A stretch of DNA of 62,531 nucleotides, counting the filler, from Klebsormidium nitens (lineage: Eukaryota; Plantae; Klebsormidiophyceae), in NCBI GenBank assembly GCA_000708835.1. It is 5 parts of 5 records of this genome, joined end to end, with 100 filler letters (N's around TTAATTAATTAA, not from the genome) between each part and the next. Parts side by side here need not be neighbours in the genome. Positions count along the whole stretch, not along the records: positions 12,084 to 28,369 come from DF238006.1; positions 28,470 to 36,455 come from DF238265.1; positions 36,556 to 60,052 come from DF237891.1; 2 more parts are not named here. One strand, 5' to 3'. Each line of letters begins with the position of its first letter. Position 1 is the stretch's first letter. Of this stretch, positions 25,701-37,194 are shown piece by piece. The notes below the pieces were generated by a model. It was not told the DNA's origin. It did not search any database and worked only from the letters and a program-made list of their open reading frames with translations. The position numbers and the translations under genes were made by a program.

Positions 25701-27463
25701 TGTTGAATGATTCAGTTCGGGCACTGCTGTTGAGAAGGCCTGTTTTGGACCGACAGCAGCAGGCATCAGTGTTGACACGTAGCAAGCACCAATGCTTGAA
25801 ACCATCAAAAGTGCCAGTACAGAGCGGTTCCTAGTTGACAGAGGAGATATTGAACTCAAACTCTGCCTGAGCCCCTCACTTCTACGTTTCCAGGCGATGC
25901 CCCTGGAGGACGCCGAGAGGTTCGACTGGGACCCCTTCGACCTGACCAAGGTGTGGCCTCACAAGCAGTACCCGCTGCGCCAGTTTGGGCGCATGGTTCT
26001 GAACCGCAACCCAGCCAACTACTTTGCGGAGGTGGAGCAGGCGGCGTTCTCCCCCGCGCACATGGTGCCCGGGATTGAGCCCTCGCCGGACCGCATGCTG
26101 CAGGGCCGCCTGTTCAGCTACGATGACACGCACCGCCACCGCCTGGGGCCAAACTACCTGCAGGTAGGAAGTGGGGAATTGGCTGCTATGTTCTGAATGT
26201 GTCGCTGAGGCGTCCGATGTGACTCAATTGCTGGCGCAGGATTGGTTCAGATTTGTTTGAACTCGTGCGTCAGGTGGCAAAAGATGTTTTCACTCGCTCT
26301 TCCTGTCCTGGTCGCTATTCCCGGTGCGGAGGTAGGGCAAAAGATGAGGGTAGAAGCTTTACCGCGCGGGTTTGCAGAGAACCTCGTCAATTGCAGATTC
26401 CAGCAAGTGAGGAGCATGCTTTGTTCCCAAGGATGAAGCAAGCTGTATCGGAGTAGATTGGTATGTTCTCCTCGAGGAACAGCCCTCCTGCGAGCAAGCT
26501 CCGGCTTTGTCCGTTTTTTAGCCCTGGTCCCCGTTCTTCTTGAGTGCCTTTCCCATAGTGCACAGAACCTCAACTTTGTTCTCCGCTCCGTGCGCAGATC
26601 CCCATCAACCGCCCGATCAACCCCCAGAGCAACCACCAGCGTGACGGGCTCATGACGGTGAACGAGAACGGCGGGGCCATGCCCAATTACTTCCCCAACT
26701 CGGTGGAGGGCACTCCGGCGCCGCAGCCGCAGCGTCCCGACGTCCACATGTACCAGTCCAAGGGCGGGGCCATCGGGCGCAAGGTGTTCAAGAAGTGGCA
26801 GGAGCAGGACGACTACTCGCAGCCGGGGGCGCTCTTCCGGCTCATGCCCAAGAATGAGCAGGACCAGCTGATTGCGGTGAGCGCTGCTCGCTGTTCTGCT
26901 TCTAGGACCGGATTGCTGACGAGATAGGAACTTCAGTGGTTGTCCTCGAATTCGGCTAACGTGGGGCGTTTCTGCTGGTTATCCAGTTGGGGTGTGAGTG
27001 GTTTGGAAAGGGATGCTTTTTACTTTTGATGCGGGAGAACAGCCTCATGTCTTGTGGTCTTTGGCAAGCTTTGCTACAGCTGTCGGGTTGGCGCTCATAA
27101 AGGTTTCAAAACGGCTGACAATGGGGCTCATACTTCAATCCATTTTGGAGGACCGTCTACTCCTAACCGCGAGTCCTGCCTCAAACCTGACCGTCAGTGT
27201 ATGGTAGCCGTCGGAGATCTTGATTATTGTCATACATTGACTTGGTGGAGGCTTGGACCTGATCTTTCCCTCGTTCTTGCGTCCAGAACCTCGCGGGCCA
27301 CATGAGCGCAGCCAAGGAGCACATCCGCAGGCGGGAGATCGAAGTTTTCAGACGCTGCGATGCGGAGCTGGGCAGGAGACTGGACCAGGCCATTGCAGAC
27401 AAAGTCCGCGGGGCCAGCCATGTCAGTGTCAATGCAGGGAACTTTGCAGTCGCCAACCTGTAA
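22701..27463 (+). CDS. CAT: Monofunctional heme catalase, small-subunit clade-3 type; exons 22701-22754, 23019-23112, 23500-23549, 23824-23948, 24316-24344, 24645-24809, 25121-25255, 25438-25563, 25894-26163, 26598-26876, 27287-27463; start exon not resolved
   Basis: FDRERIPER|[28 protein letters not shown]|[40 protein letters not shown] heme-ligand signature; ends ...FAVANL*. Confidence 0.95.
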
Positions 27464-27798
27464 ACGGCAGGTCCTCGGGACACTCAGGATGCATCTGGAA
27501 AGCAGAGTCATTGAAGTCGAGCATGGTGGCAATGGGATAGCCAGAGGCAAAGATTGAGTCGCAGTTACGTTCAAGGCAGAGACGCCTACTGTATCATGCA
27601 ATCCGTGTAGTAGCAGCTAGACAACTTTGGAATGTAGATTTCGATGTTTGCATGTGTCCTGTTCATCCTGTTCGGAGGGCATGGCTCCACTCAGACTGCA
27701 GACAACTAAAATCGGTTTGACGTTTGTCCCGTCACAGTTTGTCAACACTGATTCAACTGATTGCATCTTGAGAGAAACTCTGTTCACCGTTTGCATAC

Positions 27799-28190
27799 AT
27801 ACCATAGTGGAAAGGTATGAATCCGAATGGTCGAAAATGGTAATTATTCTATTGAATACGACCTCTTTTTCCGATTTATTTAATGAATGCGACCCTGAAT
27901 CCGAATGTGCTCGGAACTGCTCCCCGAGCACATTTTTGCCCCATATCTGCCGCTTCTGGAATGCCCGGTTAATACTTTGAGAATCCGACGGCATATGAGC
28001 AATTATTAAATGAATCCGAAAAATCACTTTCCGAACGAAAAACAGGTAACGGAGCATTCCGAATGGTCAATAATTATTGGCTAGGAGACACTCATAGGGC
28101 GGTCACATCTACGACTTTGAAAAAGTTCGGGGCTCCCGAAAAAGAAAAGTTCGGTACCATATAACGCCTTTCGGTCACATCATATAAAGG
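27799..28190. mobile_element. Probable non-autonomous DNA-transposon end with many TCCGA(A)/TTCGG subterminal motifs; the first 29 bp recur at 12159-12187
   Basis: atacc(a/g)tagtggaaaggtatgaatccgaa occurs at both 27799-27827 and 12159-12187. No matching inverted end was found. Confidence 0.4.
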
Positions 28191-29845
28191 CGGTTGTGGA
28201 GATGAAGAAGTTGCGCGCGGAGAAGAAGGAAGCGTACGTAACGTTGCAAGGAGACTTGATGGTGGTTGGAGAAGGGGGAGAGCGGCGGCGGACTTCCTTC
28301 AAGCTTGTGTCGGAGTCGCCATGGGCGGAGGAAGCTACAGCAGCCAGAGAGGCACAGTTGTCTTGGAGANNNNNNNNNNNNNNNNNNNNNNNNNNNNNNN
28401 NNNNNNNNNNNNNTTAATTAATTAANNNNNNNNNNNNNNNNNNNNNNNNNNNNNNNNNNNNNNNNNNNNTTTAGCGCCGAGCAGATGGGTCGGCCGAACG
28501 GTTTAACCGGGACTTGGAGGAGAAGACTCGGGCGAGGCTGGAGGACTGGGGTTTCTCAAAGAGTTGTGGGCGGAAGCCGTGGTGACGGCAAACTACACCC
28601 GGAATCGGACGCCCGTGAGCGCCCATGGAAGGACTTCCTGGGGAGTTTTCTTCGGTGAAAAGCCCAATGTCGGGCATATGAGGGTGTTTGGGGCCCGCGC
28701 ATTCCGCCACGTCCCCAAGCAGGAGACGTAAGCTAGATCCGGTGTGCAAGGGATGTGTATTCGTGGGGTATGAACCGGACTCAAAGGCGTATAGGTTGCT
28801 CCGAGACCCTGACGGGAAATCAATCATTTCTCGGGATGTCATTTCTGGCGAGGGGATCGGGGGCGACGGGGTTGTCGAGGTTGGCTCCGACCCCACGGGC
28901 AATTCCCAGACGGCGGAGTGTCACAGTGCGCAGATTCACACGGAGGTCCAAGAAGGACTCAAAGTTGAATCTCTGCGCGAAGTGACGCGGCCGCGCCCGC
29001 TTTCACAAACGGGCCAAAAGAGGGCAAGTTTGAAACTATGCGCGAGACCAGGGCAGAGCCTCAAGAGATTGAGGAGGATACTGGGATGCAAACACTGGCT
29101 GCTCAAAGGTACGCCGCGCGTGAGAGACGCGCACCGGGGGAGTGGTATCGCGCTAACTTTGCGGAGGAACCGAAGGCAGGGGAGCACCCCAAAGGACGGG
29201 GAAGCATCCAGAAGCGCATATCTATCAGTAGGGGGGGAAGAGAGTGAACTATGGCGGAAGTCAATGGATGAGGAGATGCGGCCTTTGTTGGAGAAGCACA
29301 ACCTGGGAGCTTTTTAAAAAACCGGAAGGGGTGAACCTGGTTCCCATGAAGTGGGTTTACAAATTCAAGCCGGACGCTCATGGAAATGTGGAGCGATACA
29401 AATCTCGACTGGTGTCGAATGGGTATCCGCAAAAGCAGAGAATTGACTTTGAGGAAGCCTACGCCCCGGTGAGCAAGCACACCACATTGCGTGCATTCTT
29501 GGCGGTGGTCGCGGAGCACGACTTGGAGCTTCACAGCTGGACGTCAAGACGGCGTTCCTCGATGGGGAGTTGGAGGAGGAGATCTACACGTAGCAGCCGC
29601 CGGGATACGAGCAAGGCGGGCCCAACATGGTCTGCCGCCTTAAGCGTACCTTGTACGGGTTGCGCTAGGCGCCACGATGCGCCTAAAGGAGGAGCTCGGG
29701 AACTTTGAGTTTGTGGCGTCAATGGCGGACGCGGCGCCTTCACGAGAATAGTAGCTGAGAAACGGGTCTACCTAGTGGTGTGGGTAAACGACATCTTAGT
29801 GGCGGCCCAGAGAGCGGACCGTATTGCAAAAGTAAAGGCGCATTT

Positions 29846-30378
29846 TGTTAAGATATGGGGTTCTCTTTGACGGCCAGATTGTGATAGAGTTAGGCGGGGT
29901 TAGAGGGTGGTTCCGCTCTATTTCCATATGTTAGAGTTGGGAGGTAGTAGCCTTGAGTACGCTCTAATGTCACGTGATTGAGTCGTCCCTGGAAGCGTAG
30001 GTTTGATTCACAAGGTCGGCCGTACCATTGTGGGCTTGCATGGTTGAAATCCACCATAGGATGCGCGACAAGTGAGCCGTAGGATTGTGTCCATTGTGAA
30101 AGGGTTCTTTTGTGATATGTACTTCGGTGTAGCCGTTCGATGGGTTCTTTTGTAGGCAACGACGAACACGAACCGTCGATTTGGCCAATGAAACACCTAG
30201 GGTTAAAGCTAGACTTGAGCTAGGCAATAAGACTTGGACTACATGAAAAGAACCCCACTCATTCATACTACCTAAAAGATGCTTGTTGGAAGCTAGGGCG
30301 CTCCTTTTGTGAAGGCGCTTGTGTGTGAGGGTGGTTGAACCCCTCGTAGGTTCCAAGCATGAGCGTATGATTTCAACA
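29846..30378 (+). mobile_element. Solo LTR (533 bp) inserted in the RT of Copia A
   Basis: TGTTAA...TTTCAACA termini with a perfect 5-bp TSD CATTT (29841-29845 / 30379-30383); removing it restores KVKAHLKEKFD. Confidence 0.9.
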
Positions 30379-30877
30379 CATTTGAAGGAGAAATTCGACG
30401 TACACGACTTGGAGGAGGCGAAATTTTTCCTCGGCATGGAGCTGACGCGCGAAAGGGAGGCGCGCACCCCGAAACTGACACCAAAGAAGCTGACGGGAGG
30501 GCTAGTCGGACAATACGGACAGGGGAGCGGAACGGGGGACAAATTGACAAAGGGGGTGAGCCCCTCGACACAAAGCGGTTTCCCTAGAGTGAGTGCATTG
30601 GGAACCTATTGTACTTGAGTGTGTGCGAAGGCCCGACAAGACAGTGGGCGCGCTTGCGCGCTTTATGGCGGGGCCGATTTAGGAGCAGTGCGGCGGGCGG
30701 CGCTTGAAGTTGTGCGCAACCTGGCGGCTACGGCAGAGGACGGGGTAACCTTTAGAGGGAGCGGAAAGACTCTCACGCTTATTGCGACGCGGGGTATGCG
30801 GCTGACCTGGACACAAAGCGGTCCACAACGGGATACGTCTTCTTGATATACGGGGGGGCTGTGACCTAGTCGAGTAG

Positions 30878-31276
30878 TGTTGAAAGCATTTCCCTCAGCT
30901 TGTCATAAGCTAGAGTATAACTACCCTCACACATATGCGCCTTCACAAAGAAGCACCTTTCTCCCTTCAAGCATCTCTTACAATGAATGTCATCACATGA
31001 CATACTTTAAAGTCACTCCAATTCTACGTGTACTCTAGCCTAGGTCGGATCTACTTCCACCATGCACTAGTCGGTTCAAATATACGGACTCCTTTATATC
31101 AACTACTACTCACAATACGGCCTGTATGCCACTCGGACTTGTGACCGGGGCACTATACTACTAGTGGTCGGTAGTACCGTACTGCTAGTGGTCGGGGTGC
31201 TATACTACTCGAGTCGACGCAAATCTATCGAGCTGAACTTAACAATTTGGCCGTCGATTCAACGGTTTTTTCAACA
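30878..31276 (-). mobile_element. Solo LTR (399 bp) inserted in the RNaseH of Copia A, opposite orientation and related to the 29846 LTR
   Basis: TGTTGAAA...TTTCAACA; TSD AGTAG/AGCAG (1 mismatch); removing it restores S(S)RLQPTVAAS. Its left end resembles the reverse complement of the right end of the 29846 LTR (accctcacaca..gcgccttcacaaa..caagcatct). Confidence 0.85.
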
Positions 31277-31623
31277 AGCAGGCTGCAGCCAACGGTGGCG
31301 GCCTCAATAGTCGAGGCGGTTTATGAGGCCAGAGCAAGCGGTGAAGGAGGCGCTGTGGTTCCGCAAGCTTGGGGGAGATCTTGAGTTGGACTTCGGGATG
31401 GTCCAGATCTACTGCGACAACCAAGGGGCACTATGGCTCCTCAAGCATGCAATCGTTTTACAGCGATTGAAGCACATTGACGTGATTCACTACTTTGCAC
31501 TGGAGCGTGTGGCAAGCAAGGAGGTCGCGTTTGCGTACTGCAAGACGGAGGACATGACCATGACCAAGGCGTCAGCACCGAGGAATTCTTGAGGTGCAAG
31601 AGCGAGATAAGAATTGCATAAGT

Positions 31624-32086
31624 CATTACACAACGCAAACACACTCATTGGGCCGTTTGCACGACGGCCACTGCCAGTGCACTGAAATTTAGCCCACGAG
31701 TCGCGATCGATCGCGAAAACGGAGCCTCGAAATTTCAATTTGAAAAGTCAATAGGGCCCACTTGTCGACCGCCGTAGCTCGAAACTCACCGTAAATTCAC
31801 TCAAGGATTTTGGATAGGCCAAAACTCCCACCGTGGCAGTTTGAGACTTTGACCATAGAATCTATTGCAACTTGGGAATTACCTTGGACTGCTCGTAATA
31901 AAGGTCTATTCCAATTTTCAGAACCAAAATATCGTGGCACACGTACTCAAAGGCAGGCTACCTTTACCACCCTAAAAATTGCCCTTTTTGACCACTTCCG
32001 GGTCTGGAGTGGTAAAATTTGCCTACCGCGCGATTTCGGCTTCACGACTTCGCGAGCGGTAAATTTGCCGTTTGCGTTGTTTAATG
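31624..32086. mobile_element. CACTA-like MITE between the Copia A pol stop and the PPT
   Basis: 17-bp TIR CATTA(C/A)ACAACGCAAAC with a 3-bp TSD AGT/TGT (1 mismatch). Confidence 0.7.
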
Positions 32087-32094
32087 TGTGGGAG

Positions 32095-32467
32095 TGTTGA
32101 GATTTGGGCATTTGGTGTGCGCGATCTCTTGGGTGACTTCAACGGGAGTTCGACGATAAGCAAGGTGCGGTTAAGTGCGCGCTGGTAACAGCGTTACACC
32201 CGATGACTTGTTGAGATAACCGCCGTAATGAGTAGCTTCGATAATAGCCGTAGATATTCAGATTTGCGCGAAAATTCCGGACTTGCTTATCACGGTCATC
32301 TGAGCCTACTAGGTATGGACTTAGTCTAGGAGTGTGACTCTACTTGAATGAGGCTAGCATAGCACGCGGACTACATAGCTTTGGCGCCGCTAAACTCCGA
32401 ACACTCGATATGTATTGTGTGAACTTGTCATTTAACCATCCACTCCCAACAACGCCGTGTTTCAACA
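32095..32467 (+). repeat. 3' LTR of Copia A
   Basis: TGTTGAGA...TTTCAACA directly after GTGGGAG, the same PPT-like motif found before the Copia B LTR. Confidence 0.75.
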
Positions 32468-32499
32468 AGTCCTAGACATGGTTTTCTTCAAAACGGGGC

Positions 32500-32830
32500 T
32501 CTTAACTCAAAAACAATTCAAAATGCGTTGAACATATACCTGTACATCCTCTTGAACAGCTTTTATCCACCGCACATGAAAACCGCCTTCCCAAAAGGCG
32601 AGCTTTGTCGATACTGTCTCCGCAAGTCGTCTGCAAGAGGGTTCCACCGCAATCAACAGCTTATTTACTACAAATTGCGAGCTCACGGTTATTCAAGAGC
32701 TTTTCTTCTGAAGGCTTTGAAGTGCATCAACTTTTCCGACCGCCACTGCCTGCTCAAAGAAGCTTCATCGCATTCCTCCGCTGCAACAAGAATCCCTCAT
32801 TCCGCCTTGCTTGTTTTCTAAACGCAACAC
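32500..32830 (+). mobile_element. Penelope-like retroelement relic (RT C-terminal/thumb region)
   Basis: LNIYLYILLNSFYPPHMKTAFPKGELCRY...LIYYKLRAHGYSRAFL matches the PLE pattern YL...S.HP..K...I.GE..R...L..RGYP. Confidence 0.65.
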
Positions 32831-32920
32831 AATGATTGAGTTGCAAAACTCCGCCTGAGCGCATCTCTACGAGAACCTTTTCTATTTCGTAATTTGGCCT
32901 GAACTTAACGGCTTTCTACG

Positions 32921-34684
32921 TGTTGAAACTCTGGATAGGGAGTCGTAATGTAATTGAGACACTCGTCATTGGGTCTTCTCGTGTTGCCCGGCAATCATGC
33001 TCATCACTCATTGATGGCAACCATGCATCCTAAGTGGAACACACGAAGCGCCCGACAAGCGGCTTCCTTCTCTCCACAAATTTCTCTTAGAATGATGTAT
33101 CACAATAGTGGTTTCCACCACTATTGTCTCACGAGTCTATCCCGTTCCACTAGGCTCACTAGCCTAAGTCACACACTACTAGGCTCACTAGCCTAGCTCA
33201 CAGTCACACTCAATCTTAGCCTTCGATATCCTCATCTACGGCTTACACTGACGGCCGCTCTCAACGCCTAACCTCCAAGCCGCCTAACGGTTTAGCCGTC
33301 AAACCGCCGTACACGCATGTCGGCGTTCACTAGTTCAAACCCTAACTCGGGCGAACCCTAATCACATAGTAATTTGGCTGACCATAATCACCGAATACTA
33401 ACACTCCCACTCAGACGAATTACTCTAAGCCTCTAACTCGTCGCGCTCCTCTTGCGGGCTGTCTTCTTTGCCTTTGGCGTCACCCACACGCCTCCACTGT
33501 CGCCATCGTCGCTCTTCTCCGGCGACATCTTCTCCACTCCGTGCTCCAGCTCTTCGGCTTCCACGGCTTCCGTTGCTCCCACATTTGCCCGATACCACTC
33601 TGCGGGCTCCCGTCGCACTCTCGCGGGACATCTTCCCAACACGTGGGACTCCATTACAAGCTTCTCCGTTGCCTGTTCCACACCGGCGGGCTTGCTCTCT
33701 ACCGCCGTTTGTGGACTCTCCTTGCCCTTTCCAATCTCCTCAGACACCTCCACAACTTCGCGCATCGTTTCCACAATCGGCCCACTTTGGCCTTTCTTTG
33801 AAACTGTGCGCGCAACGCGGCCGCGGTCCATTGCGGGCGCGTGCGCGTCCCCCTTGCGCGCCGTTTCAAATTTCGCCCCTTTTTCGACCATTTCTAAATC
33901 ATGCGCGCATTGCTCCTCTTTTCAAACTTGTCCTCCAACTTCTTCCACGCTTTCTCTGCAGTGGGTTGACCCTCAATCAATTCACATATGCATCTTCCGT
34001 GTGGATCAGCATCAGCCCCCTTGCTTGGCTTGACACTTTCTTTTTTTCCACGGACTTCGGTTCCTTAACCGCACACAGCCATCCCTTGTATCCAAAAAGC
34101 CCACGGAACTTGGCCTTCCATGTTGACCAATTCTCACCACACAATTGCGGGATCGACACCCTGTCTCCCGCCATTTCAACAGCACTCTCGTCTAGATCGA
34201 TCTCCACGACCTTCACCGTCCTTTTCACCACGCTTTCCGCTCGTACCAGCCTCTTTGCCGTGGCGCACACCCGGTTCCCCACGACCGGACCCCTCGCAAG
34301 AAATACTCTTTGTTTCCCCACGGTCTAAATCTTCCATAGTCCTCCACGCTTGACTGCCTCCATACGGACCACATTGTCCGTTTCTATCTGCGCGGTTCTT
34401 CCCTCGAGCACCACTCGTGCTCCAGCGTCGGTCGCTCTAGTTAGCGAGAACAAACTCGCCTATGCCCTCGGAGCGTGCCGGACCTCCCTCAAAGGTACCG
34501 TACTCACACCGCTCGGGGTCTTACACTGAAGCTCCACTTCTTCAATGCCCACTGCAATCAGAGACTCACCACAGATCCCCACGATCTTCTCATCACACAC
34601 AAGCTCTCTGTAAAGGCTACTCCGTTTGTGTCTCCTGCGAACTCTTTGTCCTCCGCGCGGCCACTTGAGCGCGCGCTCTGCCAT
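32921..34684 (-). mobile_element. Degenerate Ty1/Copia element B with LTR 32921-33403 and PPT GAGTGGGAG; internally deleted or rearranged
   Basis: Minus-strand LTR TGTTAG...TTTCAACA; gag N-terminus MAGDRVSIPQL.GENWSTWK.KFRGL; protease-region GIEEVELQCKTPSG...LREV...NLFSL; post-integrase RVRREPAEWYRAN, similar to Copia A RERRAPGEWYRAN. Confidence 0.8.
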
Positions 34685-36317
34685 ACATTGCCTCTATGTG
34701 GCCCTCTTAATGGGACCTTCCTTTCCAATTTCCAATTGCTATTGGATGTTTCACACAGGTTTGATGCACAATTTGCTTGATCTCCTGCTTAGCTAGGAAA
34801 ACTAGCTGTTCAATCATGTCCTAAACCCATCAGCCTAAGCGTGGAAGCGTGTCTGCAGCACGCCAAGCATACCAGCCTCAGCCTAAGTGGGCATGACTTT
34901 GCAAGACTGTACTAACTCCGATGATTATTGTCCTCCTCTCTGTAGACTGATAGGCTCTTGGAAGGGTTTTTGGAGCTACAACTCCACTTGTATTGGCTTA
35001 ATAACAACCCTAGTAAATTTATTCTTGTCCAAAAGTCAATCGGAAAGTTTTTGCTTGGAAGTTAGAGCACCCCAAGAATGATACACAGATCTAACACTGG
35101 CGGCATGCCGTTACTCCAACAGACTATCAACCTGCCCCAACCAAGAAACTTCGGCAATGCACCCTCCACTTAACAGAATATGCTGGATTCAAGCCTCAAA
35201 ACTGATTCTGCACTCCTCTCCGGCACAAAATTCAAATGCGAACAAGCAGGAATTTAAGAAGGCTAATTGGCAGCGCTTCTTGTCGTCAGCAGAGAACTGA
35301 AAGTCTTCTAGTTCACACAATCACAAATGGTGTCATCCGTTCGTACAGGCTTCACTAGATTTAGGCAATCACCTTAATGGTTCAGCATGTATAGAACTGC
35401 GGCCTCTAGAAAGAAAGCACCTCAGAAGTATTGTTCACTTTGATCCTGATTTGTGTTTCATGACGTCCCAATAAAGTAGTAAAATCTAGTAAGAAGCAAG
35501 CACTATCAGCCTTTGTCAAGCATGATTGCAGACGACGATAGCCCTCAAGACTGGCCCGATTGTCTTCTAATAACCTGGAAGCACCTTAACCTGCGCCGCA
35601 CTGAGAGAAGCACAAGCGGCTTGAACTTCCCAATTGCCTGATTGACTCAACCAGTCAAACCTCTAACTTTGCCGCTCTTCTTTCGGTTGACTTGTGTACT
35701 TCCTACGCTGTCCAGGAGAACTCTCTAGACACTCAGCGCAACTGACCACAACAGCGGTGGACTCAGCATCTGGCCTTTACTCGAAACCTATTGACCCGGT
35801 GCCTGGACCAGGTTACCAAGTCCACCTTCTTGCTGGGAAACACGCCAATGCCAGGGATTATATAACAGGACCTCACACGAGAGAGAAGCTAGCCCTGAAT
35901 TGTAGCGGAACCCTTGTCTGAACCCCCTCAAGCAATTCACTTTAATGCTGCTCGAGCATCTAAAATATCACAATAGCTACTCTGCTCATCGGAACTAAAA
36001 TCAAAACAGATACGCAACTCATTAAACCAGAGCAGTTTGGGAAGCTGCGGATGTCAGAATATAACTCAGTTGTTGTAATCGGTTACCTTTGGCCCTGTTA
36101 AGGCCTTCCAAATGCATGCTGGCATACTCGAAGACCCCCATCACACCAAGACATTCCAGCACCACTGTTGCTGCTGCCACACTGGGAGGCAAACACACGA
36201 GGGAGCGCCATTGAAAGCAGATTGCCTTTGCTGGGCCCTTTTGCAGCGGGCATATCCTGTGTGGGCGCATCAACTGCAAAAGCACCTAGATGAATCTCGT
36301 GATTCCCTGTGGTGAAG

Positions 36318-36444
36318 TGTTGTAAGTACGCACCGTGCCACGTCATGCCGACGTCACGCGAGTATAGTCCAGTTGGTAGCGCGCTTGGTTTAAGTACGGG
36401 ACTCGTGACGTCGGCATGACGTGGCACGGTGCGTACTTACAACA
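36318..36444. repeat. Perfect 41-bp inverted repeat (foldback/MITE-like) with a 45-nt loop
   Basis: TGTTGTAAGTACGCACCGTGCCACGTCATGCCGACGTCACG (36318-36358) and its exact reverse complement (36404-36444). Confidence 0.9.
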
Positions 36445-37194
36445 AAATGTGGGACNNNNNNNNNNNNNNNNNNNNNNNNNNNNNNNNNNNNNNNNNNNNT
36501 TAATTAATTAANNNNNNNNNNNNNNNNNNNNNNNNNNNNNNNNNNNNNNNNNNNNGGGAACGGTTATTATAATTCTCAATCATTGCGACTCAGATTGACG
36601 ACCGTGCGATGTAGGACGACCAAACGTTTTACGGTACAGCTGTTCAAGGTCCACGTGCTGTGCTATGCCGGAACTTTGCTGTGCTGTGCTGTGCTTCCCT
36701 ACCGGTCACACAATGGCAGGATAAGCGCCTGAATCGCGCCCGGGACTTTGCTGTGCTGTGCATCCCTACTGGGCACGAACTGTCCTAGTGTGCCCAACGG
36801 ACCGCTTTATCGCACGCGGCTTTCAATAATTGCATCATTTCGACATCACGTGGATGACCTACTGCTGCCGCGATCGCTTTCCGAATCGAACAACCCTTTG
36901 CCACACGTGATGGGCTGACAGGTGGCCAAAAAGCGGAGTAAAGTGAACACATGGCGATCGCTGCCGCCCAGGCCGGTTACATGTGATCAACGGCCCACTT
37001 GCAGGTGTATTCAAGTGATCGACGGTTCACCGGCGGTGCAGCAGCTTGTGACAACAAGAGCACTCCGTGTGCCATAGCTTTTGAAATGGAGCCCACAGTG
37101 CTCACATCTTACCAAACGGAGTGGAAGAGATCCGAGTTCGTCTGGAAGGGGAGGCAGGAAGCACTGTGAGGCCAGCAAGAAAGTGAGAGTCAAC

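Larger units (their letters stand above)
28190..32467 (+). mobile_element. Degenerate Ty1/Copia element A (integrase-RT-RNaseH-PPT-3' LTR), interrupted by three insertions
   Basis: AERFNR.L.EKTRA...LWAEAVVTANYTRNRTP, KLDP...FVGYEPDSKAYRL, KWVYK.K...YKSRLV, LYGLR*APR, IYCDNQGA...KHID. Multiple stops and frameshifts are present. Confidence 0.92.

Noticed and set aside
34750-36300. Faint LRR-like peptides on the minus strand (e.g. CSSSIKV, GLGNLVQ, AIGKFKPL)
   Set aside because: Too degraded to support a call without a profile search.
36359-36403. tRNA gene in the foldback loop
   Set aside because: Only a D-arm-like half is present, with no T-arm or B-box; not a tRNA gene. No rRNA or tRNA genes were recognised anywhere in the window.
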